A DNA stretch of 64,000 bases. It comes from Nitrosopumilaceae archaeon (lineage in GTDB: Archaea; Thermoproteota; Nitrososphaeria; Nitrososphaerales; Nitrosopumilaceae). The notes under the pieces were generated by a model. The model ran no database searches, was not told the origin of the DNA, and worked only from the letters and a program-made list of their open reading frames with translations. The stretch lies in contig OZ242376.1 in assembly GCA_965209085.1 (NCBI GenBank), positions 800,001 through 864,000 on the forward strand. The letters are read 5' to 3'. This document shows, in pieces, positions 21,475-32,170 of the stretch (position 1 is the first letter of the stretch; every line of letters begins with the position of its first letter). The translations under genes and the position numbers were made by a program.

Positions 21475-22431
21475 ATGATGCAAGTACAGATTGCAAATTT
21501 GCGTGAAAAAGTGGAGGATTTGAAAAAATCCAAAAACGCCATTATTTTAGCACATAATTATCAGATTCCAGAGGTACAGGATGTGGCCGACTATGTGGGC
21601 GATTCTTTGGGGTTGGCACGCAAAGCTGCCAGCGTAAAACACGAGAGGATTGTTTTCTGCGGCGTGCATTTTATGGCAGAGACTGCATCCATACTGTGTC
21701 CTGAGAAAAAAGTGCTCATACCTGATATTGAAGCTGGATGCTCTTTATCTGATTCAATAACCGTAAAAGAGATGCGCGAGTGGAAAAAACGTCATCCGGA
21801 TGCAATCTCTGTAGGATACGTCAATACAACAGCTGAGATTAAAGCTGAACTTGACTATTGCTGCACCTCTTCAAACGCAGTCAAAGTGGTCCAGTCCATA
21901 CCAAAAGATAAAGAAGTGCTGTTTTTACCGGACATGTTTCTTGGCTCATACGTTGCAAAGGTGACGGGGAGAAAAAATATGCGCATATGGGCAGGCGAAT
22001 GCCACGTGCATGCGGGAATTACGGCAAAAGATGTGCAGGAAAAACTTGATACAGTACCTGGCGCTGAATTTTTAATCCACCCTGAATGCAGCTGCACATC
22101 ATCCATTTTGTATGATGTAGCAGCTGGCGGATACAAGGGAAGAAATGTCGGGATATACTCTACTGAAGGCATGATGAAGCGCGCATCTAAATCTAAGGCT
22201 AAAAAATTCATCGTTGCAACTGAAACTGGAATTTTACACCGCATGCGGGAGCAAAACCCGGGAAAAACATTCATGGCAGCTTCTGATAAAGCTGAATGCC
22301 AGTACATGAAGATGATAAATTTGCGCAAAGTGTATGATTCACTAGTATATGACAAGTATGAAATCAAAGTTCCAAAAGAGATTGCACTTAAAGCCCGCAA
22401 AGCAATAGATAAAATGATGCAAATATGCTAG
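21475..22431 (+). CDS. nadA: Quinolinate synthase
   Basis: Motifs ILAHNYQ, CGVHFMAE, AGCSL, CHVH and HPEC. Confidence 0.97.
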   Translation: MMQVQIANLREKVEDLKKSKNAIILAHNYQIPEVQDVADYVGDSLGLARKAASVKHERIVFCGVHFMAETASILCPEKKVLIPDIEAGCSLSDSITVKEMREWKKRHPDAISVGYVNTTAEIKAELDYCCTSSNAVKVVQSIPKDKEVLFLPDMFLGSYVAKVTGRKNMRIWAGECHVHAGITAKDVQEKLDTVPGAEFLIHPECSCTSSILYDVAAGGYKGRNVGIYSTEGMMKRASKSKAKKFIVATETGILHRMREQNPGKTFMAASDKAECQYMKMINLRKVYDSLVYDKYEIKVPKEIALKARKAIDKMMQIC

Positions 22432-23255
22432 GATAAAATCTCCAAACTCAAATCTATTGCCGGAGCTGAGGATGTAATCTGACCTGATGATATGGCATCA
22501 ACTCCAGTCTTTGCATATGATGCTGCATTCTTTACAGTGATCCCACCTGATACCTCTATTGTAAGATTTTTACGTACGTTTGCCTTTTGCAGCATTTTCA
22601 CAGCGATTGCCGCACCTCTGGGGGTGAAATTATCAAGCAATACGGCACTGGCCCCGCACTTTGCAGCAATTACTGCCGAGCTTGCATCCTCCACTTCCAC
22701 CTGGATTTTTTTATGTCCTCTTTTCCTAGCTAACAGTACTAGCTCCTCAATACCATACCCTGAATCCAAATGATTATCTTTTATCATTACAGACGAGTTT
22801 AGGGACATTCTATGCCTAAACCCCCCTCCTGCCACCACTGCCTCTTTGTCAAAAAAACGCAGTCCTGGAGCGGTTTTTCTTGTAGCATATACTGCCGGAC
22901 CGCCTGCCGGAATTGATGATATCATCTTTTTTGTCATTGTTGCAATCCCGCTCATACGCGATGCAAGATTCAATGCCGTCCGCTCGCATTTTAAAACACG
23001 CTTTGCCTGACCCGTAACTGACACGATACAAGAGCCAGCTTTGATCTCTTTGCCTTCGCGCACTAACGCACGTGCACTGCATCCACCGATTGAAAATATT
23101 TTGGCAGCATATGATGCGCCAGATATTACAGCTACCTCGCGCGTTATAATTTTAGCTGAGATTTTTCCAGTCCCCAAAAGTGCGCAAGTTACATCGCCCT
23201 TTGATACATCTTCGGCAAGAAACCTCCGCAGACGCACCGCAAGGCTTGAATCCAA
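22428..23255 (-). CDS. nadC: Nicotinate-nucleotide pyrophosphorylase (carboxylating)
   Basis: Motifs TRKTAPG, HRMSL, IKDNH, LLDNF and EVSGGI. Confidence 0.96.
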   Translation of the reverse strand: MDSSLAVRLRRFLAEDVSKGDVTCALLGTGKISAKIITREVAVISGASYAAKIFSIGGCSARALVREGKEIKAGSCIVSVTGQAKRVLKCERTALNLASRMSGIATMTKKMISSIPAGGPAVYATRKTAPGLRFFDKEAVVAGGGFRHRMSLNSSVMIKDNHLDSGYGIEELVLLARKRGHKKIQVEVEDASSAVIAAKCGASAVLLDNFTPRGAAIAVKMLQKANVRKNLTIEVSGGITVKNAASYAKTGVDAISSGQITSSAPAIDLSLEILS

Positions 23256-23256
23256 T

Positions 23257-23445
23257 CTATATTACCTTTAGGGCGTATTTTCCCTTTGTAGTTATCCCAA
23301 GCGTCTTTGCAATGTGCGATGTACCAGGTTCGACAATCAAAACAATGCCGTTCCAGTTTGGCGTAAGATCTGATGATTTGCATGCAGGACATATTTTTGC
23401 GGGGGTAATACACTTGCATTTTCTGCAGGCCATCTCCCGTGCCAT
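23257..23445 (-). CDS. spt4: Transcription elongation factor Spt4 (RpoE'')
   Basis: ACRKC..CPAC Zn ribbon and GKYALKV; downstream of rpoE. Confidence 0.95.
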   Translation of the reverse strand: MAREMACRKCKCITPAKICPACKSSDLTPNWNGIVLIVEPGTSHIAKTLGITTKGKYALKVI

Positions 23446-24042
23446 TTATTTTTTCACCTTTTTTGGTGCGGCTTTTTCAACAGGTTTTGGCTTGCCGATA
23501 TTTTTTATCTCCTCTTTTATCCACTCATCAGCGCCCAAAAACGGCTGCCTGCATGTAATGCCAATTTTACCCATCGATGCGCCTTTGCCCAAAGAGACTG
23601 CCGTAATTCGAGTACGCATCATATTTCCGGCTCTTAATGTGCGGCCGCTTTGATTTGCAAGTATGATTCCAGATTTTGGATCACTCTTCAAATAATCATC
23701 CATCACCTGCGAGAGGTGCAGCAGGGCATCAGTTGGTCCTATGCGGACAAATGCGCCAAAGTCTGTAACATCTATAATCTCACCGCGCACAATTTCCTGC
23801 ATTTTTGGATAAAACGTTAACGCTTCAAATTCGGCCCTGTGAAAAGTGCCCCCGTCGCCGGCAACCATGCGGCCCATCTCTTCAACTTTGGCATCCATTA
23901 TCATAATTATATATCCAAGATCCGCACTGACCATGCTCTCGTATTTTTCCTTTAGTATGTTGATTGCCGCCTTTTTGAGTGTGGTTCCAAACAGACTCGG
24001 CGGTATGCGTACCACGTCAACAAGCGTTGATATTGAAAACAA
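23446..24042 (-). CDS. rpoE1: DNA-directed RNA polymerase subunit E' (Rpo7)
   Basis: Motifs VRIPPSLFG, GDGGTF and S1 domain FGAFVRIGPTDALLHLSQ. Confidence 0.97.
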   Translation of the reverse strand: MFSISTLVDVVRIPPSLFGTTLKKAAINILKEKYESMVSADLGYIIMIMDAKVEEMGRMVAGDGGTFHRAEFEALTFYPKMQEIVRGEIIDVTDFGAFVRIGPTDALLHLSQVMDDYLKSDPKSGIILANQSGRTLRAGNMMRTRITAVSLGKGASMGKIGITCRQPFLGADEWIKEEIKNIGKPKPVEKAAPKKVKK

Positions 24043-24342
24043 TTAAACATCCGTCTTGAAGTTTAATTTATGAACGTTTTGTTAATTATTCTGTAACATT
24101 TGACAATATCTGCGATTTTGGCGCATATTTGATCCTTTATCCACGCCTAGCGGGGAATGCTGCATAGATGCGCTAGATTCTGTGTAAAATACAGGAGATA
24201 TGCACGGATATGAAATTTTGAGAGTTTTTCTCTGATCGTTTGTACATATTGATGAAAACCCTGTAATGGTTACTCTTTTGTTTTTTTGTAACTTGTATAT
24301 TTTTTTTGTATTTGAACCAAATATTTGCATGTTTGAATATAG

Positions 24343-24532
24343 AGACGTTCCAGGATGCCAAAGCTGCAATATCATACGCCTTTGGATTATAATTAACACA
24401 GGGTATACTCTACAATAGGATATGTTACGCCATCAGAATTTGGTCTTGCACGGAGGATGATGATAAAATGAGCCCTCTGATCCTATCATTTTTAATGCAA
24501 AAATCGTTCTCATTGTACAGGAGTTCGCATCA
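24343..24532 (+). mobile_element. IS3-family 3'-end remnant
   Basis: Diverged copy of 8962-9154. Confidence 0.75.
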
Positions 24533-24568
24533 ACTAACAATAATTAAAACCTTAATGTGTGAGGTCAT

Positions 24569-25400
24569 CTATTAAACGATACTGAGCACCACTTCAAAGA
24601 CGCTTTTACCATGTGATCTCCACATCAAAACGCACGTTAGATAGTTTGACATTCTTCTCATAGATTCAGATCCTCTGATCTGTCATCTTATCTTACTGCA
24701 AACCACGACATCCCGTAATGCACGTTAGGCTGCATTGTTTGTAGATGAAATGTTTTCATGCTCTATAAAGGCAAACAGATTCATCGTCGCATTCTCCAAT
24801 TGTTTGATCAAACTCTGCATTTTGGACATTTCTGCACTGCAGTATTTATCTAACATGACATCAAGTGTGTACTCAAACGCATGTCGTACACTTGCACCGC
24901 CGTGGATATTATTTTTAGCATCGTTGAACAGTATGCACAGATTCTCGTAGAGTCTATGATGTGTACTGTCATGTGGTTAACCGCCCGCAGCTTGTGCACC
25001 CAGCACCGTTGGTGCATTCCTCCAGGATCAAATCTCGCGTATACTGGATATCCGTCAGTTACTGCAACATCAAATTTGTCCATATATGCGTCCATAACAT
25101 ACGCGCCGCGACTCTTGTTCATAATTATCGCAATATTTTTCTCGTATGCGATTGTCCACACCCAAACCATCAATCCATTCAGTATGTACGAGGTCTCATC
25201 AATATTGACAAACGGTGATTGACAACTGTGTTTGTTATTGTTTTTGCCTCCGTTTTCATTAGATCCAAGGCATTTGAGATCATGTTGATTATAGTGGATT
25301 TGGCAGACCGCATGTCAGCCTCTGAAAATTCACATTTTTACCAAATATCATCAAAAAACCCCCGAAAACTCACACCTACGCCTAGCTCATGCCTATTACA
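24569..25400 (-). mobile_element. Degraded IS66-family element (second lineage)
   Basis: Fragments DETSY..VWVWT, VTDGY and HQRCWVH. Its end matches 32995 onward. Boundaries are approximate. Confidence 0.7.
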
Positions 25401-25450
25401 CAGAACCATGTGCCAATTCGTATAAATATTATCAATGATTTAACGATCTC

Positions 25451-26557
25451 ATGGTAGGCGTAGATACTGTACTTGAAAAACTCTCATCAGTAATTGATCC
25501 AGATCTGAAAAAAGACATAGTCTCAATGGGGATGATAAAAGATCTTGAAATAGATTCAGGCCATTTGAAATTTACATTAGAGCTGACAACTCCTGCCTGC
25601 CCGTTTAATGTCGAAATAGAAGAGGATGTGCGCCGGGCAATATCTGAAATTAAAGATGTTACAAAATTTGATCTGAATGTAACTGCCAAAGTAATGGAGG
25701 GGAGATCTTTAGAAGATGATGCTGGCATGGCTACTGTAAAAAACATCATCGGCGTGGCAAGCGGCAAGGGAGGAGTTGGAAAATCCACAGTCTCATTAAA
25801 CTTGGCACTTGCATTATCTAAAACTGGCGCCAAAGTGGGACTGCTTGATGCTGATATTTACGGTCCTAGCATACCCTTGATGCTTGGAATGAAGGATGGC
25901 TCCATGCAAGTTGAAGAGAACAAACTGCAACCGGCAAAAGCTGAAGGGTTGAGCGTGGTCTCGTTTGGATTTTTTGCACAACAGGATCATCAGGCGGCAA
26001 TATACCGCGGGCCGATAATTTCAGGGATTTTGAAGCAGTTTCTTGTAGATACAAACTGGAGCGACCTTGACTATCTGCTAGTTGATCTGCCGCCAGGTAC
26101 CGGGGATATTCCGCTAACTCTTGCACAGACAATACCCATAACTGGAATACTTGTGGTTACGACCCCGCAAGAGGTGGCAAGCAGCGTTGCAGTAAAAGCG
26201 ATAGGAATGTTTGAGAAACTAAATGTGCCAATGCTTGGAATAATAGAAAACATGAGCGGTTTTGTATGCACAAACTGTAATACAAGACATGAGATATTTG
26301 GATCCGGCGGTGCAGAAAAAATAAGCGAAAAACACAAACTGCCGTTTATTGGTACAATACCTTTAACCCCTGAGATAATGTCAGGCGCTGATGATGGCAA
26401 GCCTTTACTGTTATCGGATCCGGGATCCCCTAGTTCTGTAGCGTTTGTGGATGCTGCAAAAAAAGTTGCAGCACAGTGCAGCATACTTGCAGCCAAACTA
26501 CAAGAGGAGGCAAATGCCCCCCATGCCGATAAGATACCTGCAGAGCCGGGCACATAG
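25451..26557 (+). CDS. mrp: Mrp/NBP35 Fe-S carrier ATPase with N-terminal DUF59
   Basis: Motifs LTTPACP, SGKGGVGKS, DADIYGPS, DLPPGTGD and ENMS..CxxC. Confidence 0.95.
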   Translation: MVGVDTVLEKLSSVIDPDLKKDIVSMGMIKDLEIDSGHLKFTLELTTPACPFNVEIEEDVRRAISEIKDVTKFDLNVTAKVMEGRSLEDDAGMATVKNIIGVASGKGGVGKSTVSLNLALALSKTGAKVGLLDADIYGPSIPLMLGMKDGSMQVEENKLQPAKAEGLSVVSFGFFAQQDHQAAIYRGPIISGILKQFLVDTNWSDLDYLLVDLPPGTGDIPLTLAQTIPITGILVVTTPQEVASSVAVKAIGMFEKLNVPMLGIIENMSGFVCTNCNTRHEIFGSGGAEKISEKHKLPFIGTIPLTPEIMSGADDGKPLLLSDPGSPSSVAFVDAAKKVAAQCSILAAKLQEEANAPHADKIPAEPGT

Positions 26558-26560
26558 GGT

Positions 26561-27067
26561 ATGGCAAAACTTGCCCCCTCTCAGCGGGCAGAATTTAAAA
26601 AACCCCTAGGTGCACTAATCCCTGACGCTGAAATTACTGCAAATGCAGTTATATCGCATGCAGGTGTTGATGCATCATACATTACGGTGGGGGATGCGAG
26701 CACAGAGAGGGCATCATCGCTTGGTTTGAATGTATGCATGGAGGTTGTAGATGGCCATGAAATGAGATCTTTACGCAGTGCACCAAAATTGCGTAAAAAT
26801 TTTACAATTATACGGTGTATAAATCCTCCAGGAGAGATAACATCTGATGCTGAATCTGTAATTTGTGCAGCAATGTGTAAAATTCCTGAAATAAAAGTGA
26901 GGATACTAGTTGATGGTGAGGAGGATCTCCTGCTTTTACCCGTATGCGCCAAGGCTAAAGATGGCTTTGCTGTACTGTACGGGCAGCCAAATGAGGGTAT
27001 GGTTGTAGTGCGTGCGAATCCTACCTCAAGGAATAAGGCTAAATCCATGCTTGATTCTATGCAATAA
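26561..27067 (+). CDS. GTP-dependent dephospho-CoA kinase (DUF359)
   Basis: Motifs KKPLG, TVGD, NPPGEI, VDGEEDL and YGQPNEG. Confidence 0.9.
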   Translation: MAKLAPSQRAEFKKPLGALIPDAEITANAVISHAGVDASYITVGDASTERASSLGLNVCMEVVDGHEMRSLRSAPKLRKNFTIIRCINPPGEITSDAESVICAAMCKIPEIKVRILVDGEEDLLLLPVCAKAKDGFAVLYGQPNEGMVVVRANPTSRNKAKSMLDSMQ

Positions 27068-27175
27068 CGGGTATGATGACCCGGTGGCTGTATGATTTGT
27101 GATTACACACCAACATGTCTGACCCATCTTTAATTCCCCATGTGGTAATAAACAAAGTATGCCATATATGGTACT

Positions 27176-27553
27176 ATGAAATTGGATCCGGATTTAAGAT
27201 TGGCAATACTTGAAAAAGTGGGCGTATACTCTGTTAGATTTTCAATCCGCGAGCCTCATACTGTGCTATCCACAAAGGAGGTTTTACAAATGCCCTCAGA
27301 GATGACCACGGGGCGGCGTACTTCAGCTTACAAGTATTACGGGGTATCTTACATGCATCATAATCTAGTGTTCATCAATGTTCGAAAGATACCTGATTAC
27401 AAGGTTTTAGAGAATACCATTGTGCACGAGCTAATCCATATGAGGTTTCCATATTTGAGTCATGGCAGACGTTTTAACTCGCTTGTAAGACGTGGTTTGC
27501 GCGGGGGAGAATTTGCCCCGTATAAGAAATATCGTAAATGTATAGAGTTTTGA
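27176..27553 (+). CDS. Small HExxH zinc-metallopeptidase-like protein (SprT/YgjP-like)
   Basis: IVHELIHMRFPYLSHGRRF. Confidence 0.7.
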   Translation: MKLDPDLRLAILEKVGVYSVRFSIREPHTVLSTKEVLQMPSEMTTGRRTSAYKYYGVSYMHHNLVFINVRKIPDYKVLENTIVHELIHMRFPYLSHGRRFNSLVRRGLRGGEFAPYKKYRKCIEF

Positions 27554-27690
27554 AGCGATTCTATCACATGATCGAGTATTTTCTATCGTGATCTTTATGG
27601 ATCTGACACAAACATGACGAATTGTTGTCCGAACGTGACCAAAATAACCACAACCAAAGGCCACTGAATCGATATTGCCGTGAGTACATT
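27534..27690 (+). mobile_element. IS66 left-end remnant
   Basis: Diverged copy of 46548-46680 (GTAAATGTATAGAGTTTTGAAGCGATT...GAACGTGACCAAAA). Confidence 0.75.
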
Positions 27691-27896
27691 TGGGATTAAC
27701 TGGATCGTAAATGGCTAGCCCTCCAAATCCCTCTCTGAGAGGATTTTAACCAATTCTGTGTGCGGATTGTTCCCACTCATACGCATGGTCTCATAAAAGA
27801 TCAGAATGACACCAAGCCATCTTGTGCCTTTTGCGTTTTTCAATCCTCCCTTTTCCCATTGTTGATTTATATTTAAGATACTGGGCGTGCGGGTAA

Positions 27897-29936
27897 ATGG
27901 ACATAACGCAAGCACTTCCTATTGTGGCGTGCGCAGTCTCGTTTGCAATCGCTGGACTTTATTCGGCATGGATCCTGCGTCAGAGTCCGGGAACGAGCGC
28001 AATGCAGGAGATTTCAGAAGCTGTACGTGTGGGAGCTGCTGCCTTTTTGCGCCGTGAGATGAAGATTATAATCCCCATAGCCATAGGATTGGCCATCGTA
28101 ATTGGCTATTTTATAGGCGTATCAAACGGTGTCGCATTTGCAGTTGGTGCATCACTATCTGCTGTTGCCGGAATCATCTCCTTGAAGATAACTGTCAAAG
28201 CTGCGGTGCGAACTGCGTATTTGACAAACAAGGGGCTTGGACGCACGTTTGCACTGGCATTTCGCGGGGGGGCCACTGTTGGATTGGCGGTTCCGGCAAT
28301 GGCGCTTTTGGCAATAACTTTGCTATATTACGTATATCCTGATCCAATTACCATCGCTGGAGTTGGAATCGGTGCTAGCCTTATTGCGCTCTTTATTCGA
28401 ATTGGCGGGGGGATATTTACAAAGGCTGCTGACATGGGGGCTGACCTTGTGGGTAAAGTGGAGGCAAATATCCCCGAAGATGATCCTCGTAATCCTGCAA
28501 CCATAGCTGACAACGTAGGAGATAACGTGGGCGATGCTGCCGGAATGGGCTCTGATGTATACGAGTCGTACATTGTAACAATGCTTGCCTCGCTTTTGAT
28601 TGCAGCTCTTATTGCAGCGCCTGAGATACTGATATATCCTCTACTTATTGCAACATCTGGAATGATTGCATCCATAATTGGAACTGCGACAATCAGATCC
28701 AAAGATGTCAAAGATGTAATGAAGCCGCTCAACCGTTCATTTTACATCTCTGCTGCCATTGCCATTGGGTTAAACTTTGCATTTACCAAATTATTCCTAG
28801 GCGATACGCCACTAGCATACGCGCTGTTTGGAACCACAGTTGTCGGGGTAATTTTGGTTCCTGTCATACAAAAGATCACAGACAGGTATACAAATCATAA
28901 ACACGGTCCGGTAAAAGAGATAGCAGCTTCTGCAAAATGGGGATACGCCTCACTTACATTAATGGGAATAACCAAAGGACTCCAGTCTACAGGTCCGTTT
29001 ATGATTGCACTAGTTGCAGCAATTATAATCTCTTATGCTATTGCATCATCTGCAGCTCCGGATCCAGAACAGGCCGTTTTATATGGAATATTTGGAACAT
29101 CACTTACTGCAATGGCAATGCTAAGTTTGGCTGGAATCGTTTTGAGCATTGATGCGTTTGGACCCATTGCAGATAATGCCGGCGGAATAGTAGAGATGAC
29201 TGCAATGGGTGAGGAGAACCGCAAAGTTACTGATGAGATTGATGCTGTAGGGAATACAACCAAAGCTGTGACCAAAGGATTTGCCATAGCTAGCGCAGGT
29301 CTTGCCGCACTTGCAATGATGCAGGCGTTCCAGTTTGAGGCAGCTGAAATCTTTGATGGAGTATTGGATTTGGATTATACCCTTACAAATCCTGCAGTAA
29401 TTATCGGATTGCTAGTCGGCGGTCTTATTCCGTTTATTATATCCGGGCAGCTAATTGCCGGGGTATCTCGGGCTGCAACAAAGATGGTTGATGAGGTGCG
29501 CAGACAGTTCAAAAACGATCCGGAAATTCTCACCGGAAAATCAAAACCAGATTATGCAAGATGCGTGGATATTGCAACAGTTGCATCATTAAAAGAGCTG
29601 TGGAAATCAGCAAGCATTGCAATCGCATCTCCCATAATCATCGGGGTACTCTTGGGTCCGACCGCTGTTGCCGGTCTTCTTATGGGCTCTGTTGTATCTG
29701 GAATATTTCTTGCATACCATCTTGTAAATACCGGCGGCGCATGGGATAATGCGAAAAAACTCATCGAGATGCAAGGTCACAAGGGTTCAGAGGAGCACAA
29801 AGTTGCAGTGGTTGGAGATATAATCGGTGATCCCTACAAGGATACTGCGGGTCCGGCATTAAACACTGTCATAAAACTGCTAAATACAGTATCCATTGTC
29901 TTTGTGTCAGCATTTGTGGCAATTTTGGTACTCTAG
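27897..29936 (+). CDS. hppA: Membrane H+-translocating pyrophosphatase, probably K+-independent
   Basis: Motifs GGGIFTKAADMGADLVGKVE and DNVGDNVGD. GNTTKA has Lys at the K+-dependence position. Confidence 0.95.
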   Translation: MDITQALPIVACAVSFAIAGLYSAWILRQSPGTSAMQEISEAVRVGAAAFLRREMKIIIPIAIGLAIVIGYFIGVSNGVAFAVGASLSAVAGIISLKITVKAAVRTAYLTNKGLGRTFALAFRGGATVGLAVPAMALLAITLLYYVYPDPITIAGVGIGASLIALFIRIGGGIFTKAADMGADLVGKVEANIPEDDPRNPATIADNVGDNVGDAAGMGSDVYESYIVTMLASLLIAALIAAPEILIYPLLIATSGMIASIIGTATIRSKDVKDVMKPLNRSFYISAAIAIGLNFAFTKLFLGDTPLAYALFGTTVVGVILVPVIQKITDRYTNHKHGPVKEIAASAKWGYASLTLMGITKGLQSTGPFMIALVAAIIISYAIASSAAPDPEQAVLYGIFGTSLTAMAMLSLAGIVLSIDAFGPIADNAGGIVEMTAMGEENRKVTDEIDAVGNTTKAVTKGFAIASAGLAALAMMQAFQFEAAEIFDGVLDLDYTLTNPAVIIGLLVGGLIPFIISGQLIAGVSRAATKMVDEVRRQFKNDPEILTGKSKPDYARCVDIATVASLKELWKSASIAIASPIIIGVLLGPTAVAGLLMGSVVSGIFLAYHLVNTGGAWDNAKKLIEMQGHKGSEEHKVAVVGDIIGDPYKDTAGPALNTVIKLLNTVSIVFVSAFVAILVL

Positions 29937-30071
29937 ATTAGACGGTACTGATACTTGTGCTGATTGCTCTAATATTTGGCGTGCATAATGCAAAATATGG
30001 CAGATGAAAAACATCATAACGTACAATCACACTTGACTGTAAATATATAAAAAATAAAAATTATCTGTATT

Positions 30072-30341
30072 TTAAGCGCAGCCTTCCATCTTTTGGATGA
30101 AATATCCTTTTTGTTGGATTTCCTGCTCGATTGGCTCCGATGCTCCCTGGGAATGGCAAAACTTACATTCCTCGGTGGTAATTTTGGAGTCTGCCTCATC
30201 AATTGACGAGAGCCATTCTTTGGCGTATCCTAGGGCTTTGTCGTGGTCTTTTTCGCTAGTGATTACATCAAAATGCATCGTGTGGCCGTCTTTTGCTTTG
30301 ACATATGTATCATATACGTGTACTTCCATGTTGTTTGGCAT
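30072..30341 (-). CDS. DUF2024 family protein
   Basis: VYDTYV..KDG..MHFDVI...ECKFCHSQ. Confidence 0.85.
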   Translation of the reverse strand: MPNNMEVHVYDTYVKAKDGHTMHFDVITSEKDHDKALGYAKEWLSSIDEADSKITTEECKFCHSQGASEPIEQEIQQKGYFIQKMEGCA

Positions 30342-30374
30342 TTTTATTGTGGGTTATTTATATTGACAGCAAAA

Positions 30375-30500
30375 GGGCTCTGTTACCTTGGTTGGTATTC
30401 TCTGAAAGTGTGTACTTTTGGGTGTTTTACGATCAGAATAACATGGGTTTGACATTTGGTTGTGATAAGTTCAGTCCCTAGTTTTTTGCATCATGCATAT
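30375..30500 (-). mobile_element. IS right-end remnant (GGGCTCTGT family)
   Basis: Similar to 43156-43275 and to 5716 onward. Confidence 0.45.
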
Positions 30501-30811
30501 CATACATTGAAAGCAGATCTAAAAAGATCCTGGCGGTTCTACATTGGTGTAATCGTCACACTTTATCAAATGCATTGGTTTTTGGTATTTGATATATATT
30601 TTCGATTCTGACACGCATGTCTGTAGTGTTGAATATCTCGGACATTTTCTGCTCGTTTGGCGCCCTGTGGTTTAGCGTAAGATAAGCGGGCAGATAAAGG
30701 GGCGTGACTCTATGAACAGGATGTCAAACTTTCTTACCTGCATCTTGACGTAAAAGATGCCAGGGGAAAAGTGTGTTTGATGAGGTGCCAGCTATTGTTT
30801 AACAGGTGAAT

Positions 30812-32170
30812 TCATACAAATTCTTTATTCCCGGCTTGCACATTCTCATCAAGTTTGTTCCTAAACACTATCAATCTTCGCAAAGCCTCAAAGTTTGCTA
30901 TAACTGCTAGGATGATCAGAATTATGGGAATTTGATTAGTCAAAGCACCAATCGTTATGAGCAGTAACCTTACATCCCTGCCCATTCTAAACTTTGATCT
31001 TTTTGCCATATCTTCATTTTTAAAAATTGAATCATACTTGTCGCTAGTGTAGCTATTAAGAAAGCTTCCAATTAGTGCAAAAAATCCAATTATCCATATT
31101 GTAACATCCCCGTGGATACTCCAGTAACCATAGACTAATCCCAAAATAATGGCAGCATCTGCATATCTGTCTAGAACTGAATCAAGCCAACCTCCATATT
31201 TTGTCTGTCTTATCTTAAGACGTGCTACCTCCCCATCACATCCATCCACTATAGAATGGATGTGAACTAGTATCCCTCCTAAAATTAGATAAAAATATTC
31301 TCCATTAAAGAAAAATGATGCACCAGCTAAACCAATAACAAAACTCAAAATTGAGATCTGGTTTGGCGTAATTCCTGTCTTTAGCAATAACTTTGAGATT
31401 CTCAGTGAAATTGGTCTGTTGAGTATCCGGGATACTGGCCCATCTGTATCTTTTTTGAGTTTGTTGCAAATGAGCGATTCGGCATTATTTCTGTCTGTTT
31501 TATCATCAACGTCAATCCAGAAATTATCCCCAAGTGGCATATACCTCATCTTGTGCCGTTGTGCTAGAATTTTTATTCCGCCAGAAAGACCCTCATCTCC
31601 TTTGGAGATGCTTTGTTCTAATACATCAAAAATTATAGGATTACAAATGAATATCCCAGTATCTATACAGTCGTATTTACTCAGATTCTTACCAATTACA
31701 TCAATTCTATTATCAACAGTCCGAACTTTTGTAGCATCATCTATGTTTAAATGATCTTTTGGATTTTTATCAACGCAAAGAATACATTCATCATTTTCAA
31801 TATTTGTTGTTAATAAACGATTTAATATTCTGTGGTCATAGTTGTGATCAGCCATTAATAGTACAAATGATTCTTTAAAATGATCTCTGGCCTTTAGAAC
31901 TGAAATACCATTGCCTTGAGCCCATTGGTCATTTTGAACGTACTGTATCTTTACACCATATTTTTTTCCATCAGAGAGACGTTCTTTGATCTTTTCACTA
32001 TGATATCCTACTACAATACAAAACTCTTTAATTCCTGATTTTTTTGCAGTAAGAATTACTCGCTCTATAAGACATAGACCAAGAAGGGATACCAATGGTT
32101 TAGTATCTCCGATAGGTCTTAGTCTTGTTCCTTGTCCTGCTGCAATAATTAACGCTTTCATTTTTACCAT
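30812..32170 (-). CDS. Bifunctional IPCT/DIPP synthase (di-myo-inositol phosphate biosynthesis)
   Basis: N-terminal nucleotidyltransferase (AAGQGTRL..KPL) fused to a CDP-alcohol phosphotransferase (DGPVSRILNRPIS, DGCDGEVAR..GGWLDSVLDRYAD). Confidence 0.9.
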   Translation of the reverse strand: MVKMKALIIAAGQGTRLRPIGDTKPLVSLLGLCLIERVILTAKKSGIKEFCIVVGYHSEKIKERLSDGKKYGVKIQYVQNDQWAQGNGISVLKARDHFKESFVLLMADHNYDHRILNRLLTTNIENDECILCVDKNPKDHLNIDDATKVRTVDNRIDVIGKNLSKYDCIDTGIFICNPIIFDVLEQSISKGDEGLSGGIKILAQRHKMRYMPLGDNFWIDVDDKTDRNNAESLICNKLKKDTDGPVSRILNRPISLRISKLLLKTGITPNQISILSFVIGLAGASFFFNGEYFYLILGGILVHIHSIVDGCDGEVARLKIRQTKYGGWLDSVLDRYADAAIILGLVYGYWSIHGDVTIWIIGFFALIGSFLNSYTSDKYDSIFKNEDMAKRSKFRMGRDVRLLLITIGALTNQIPIILIILAVIANFEALRRLIVFRNKLDENVQAGNKEFV

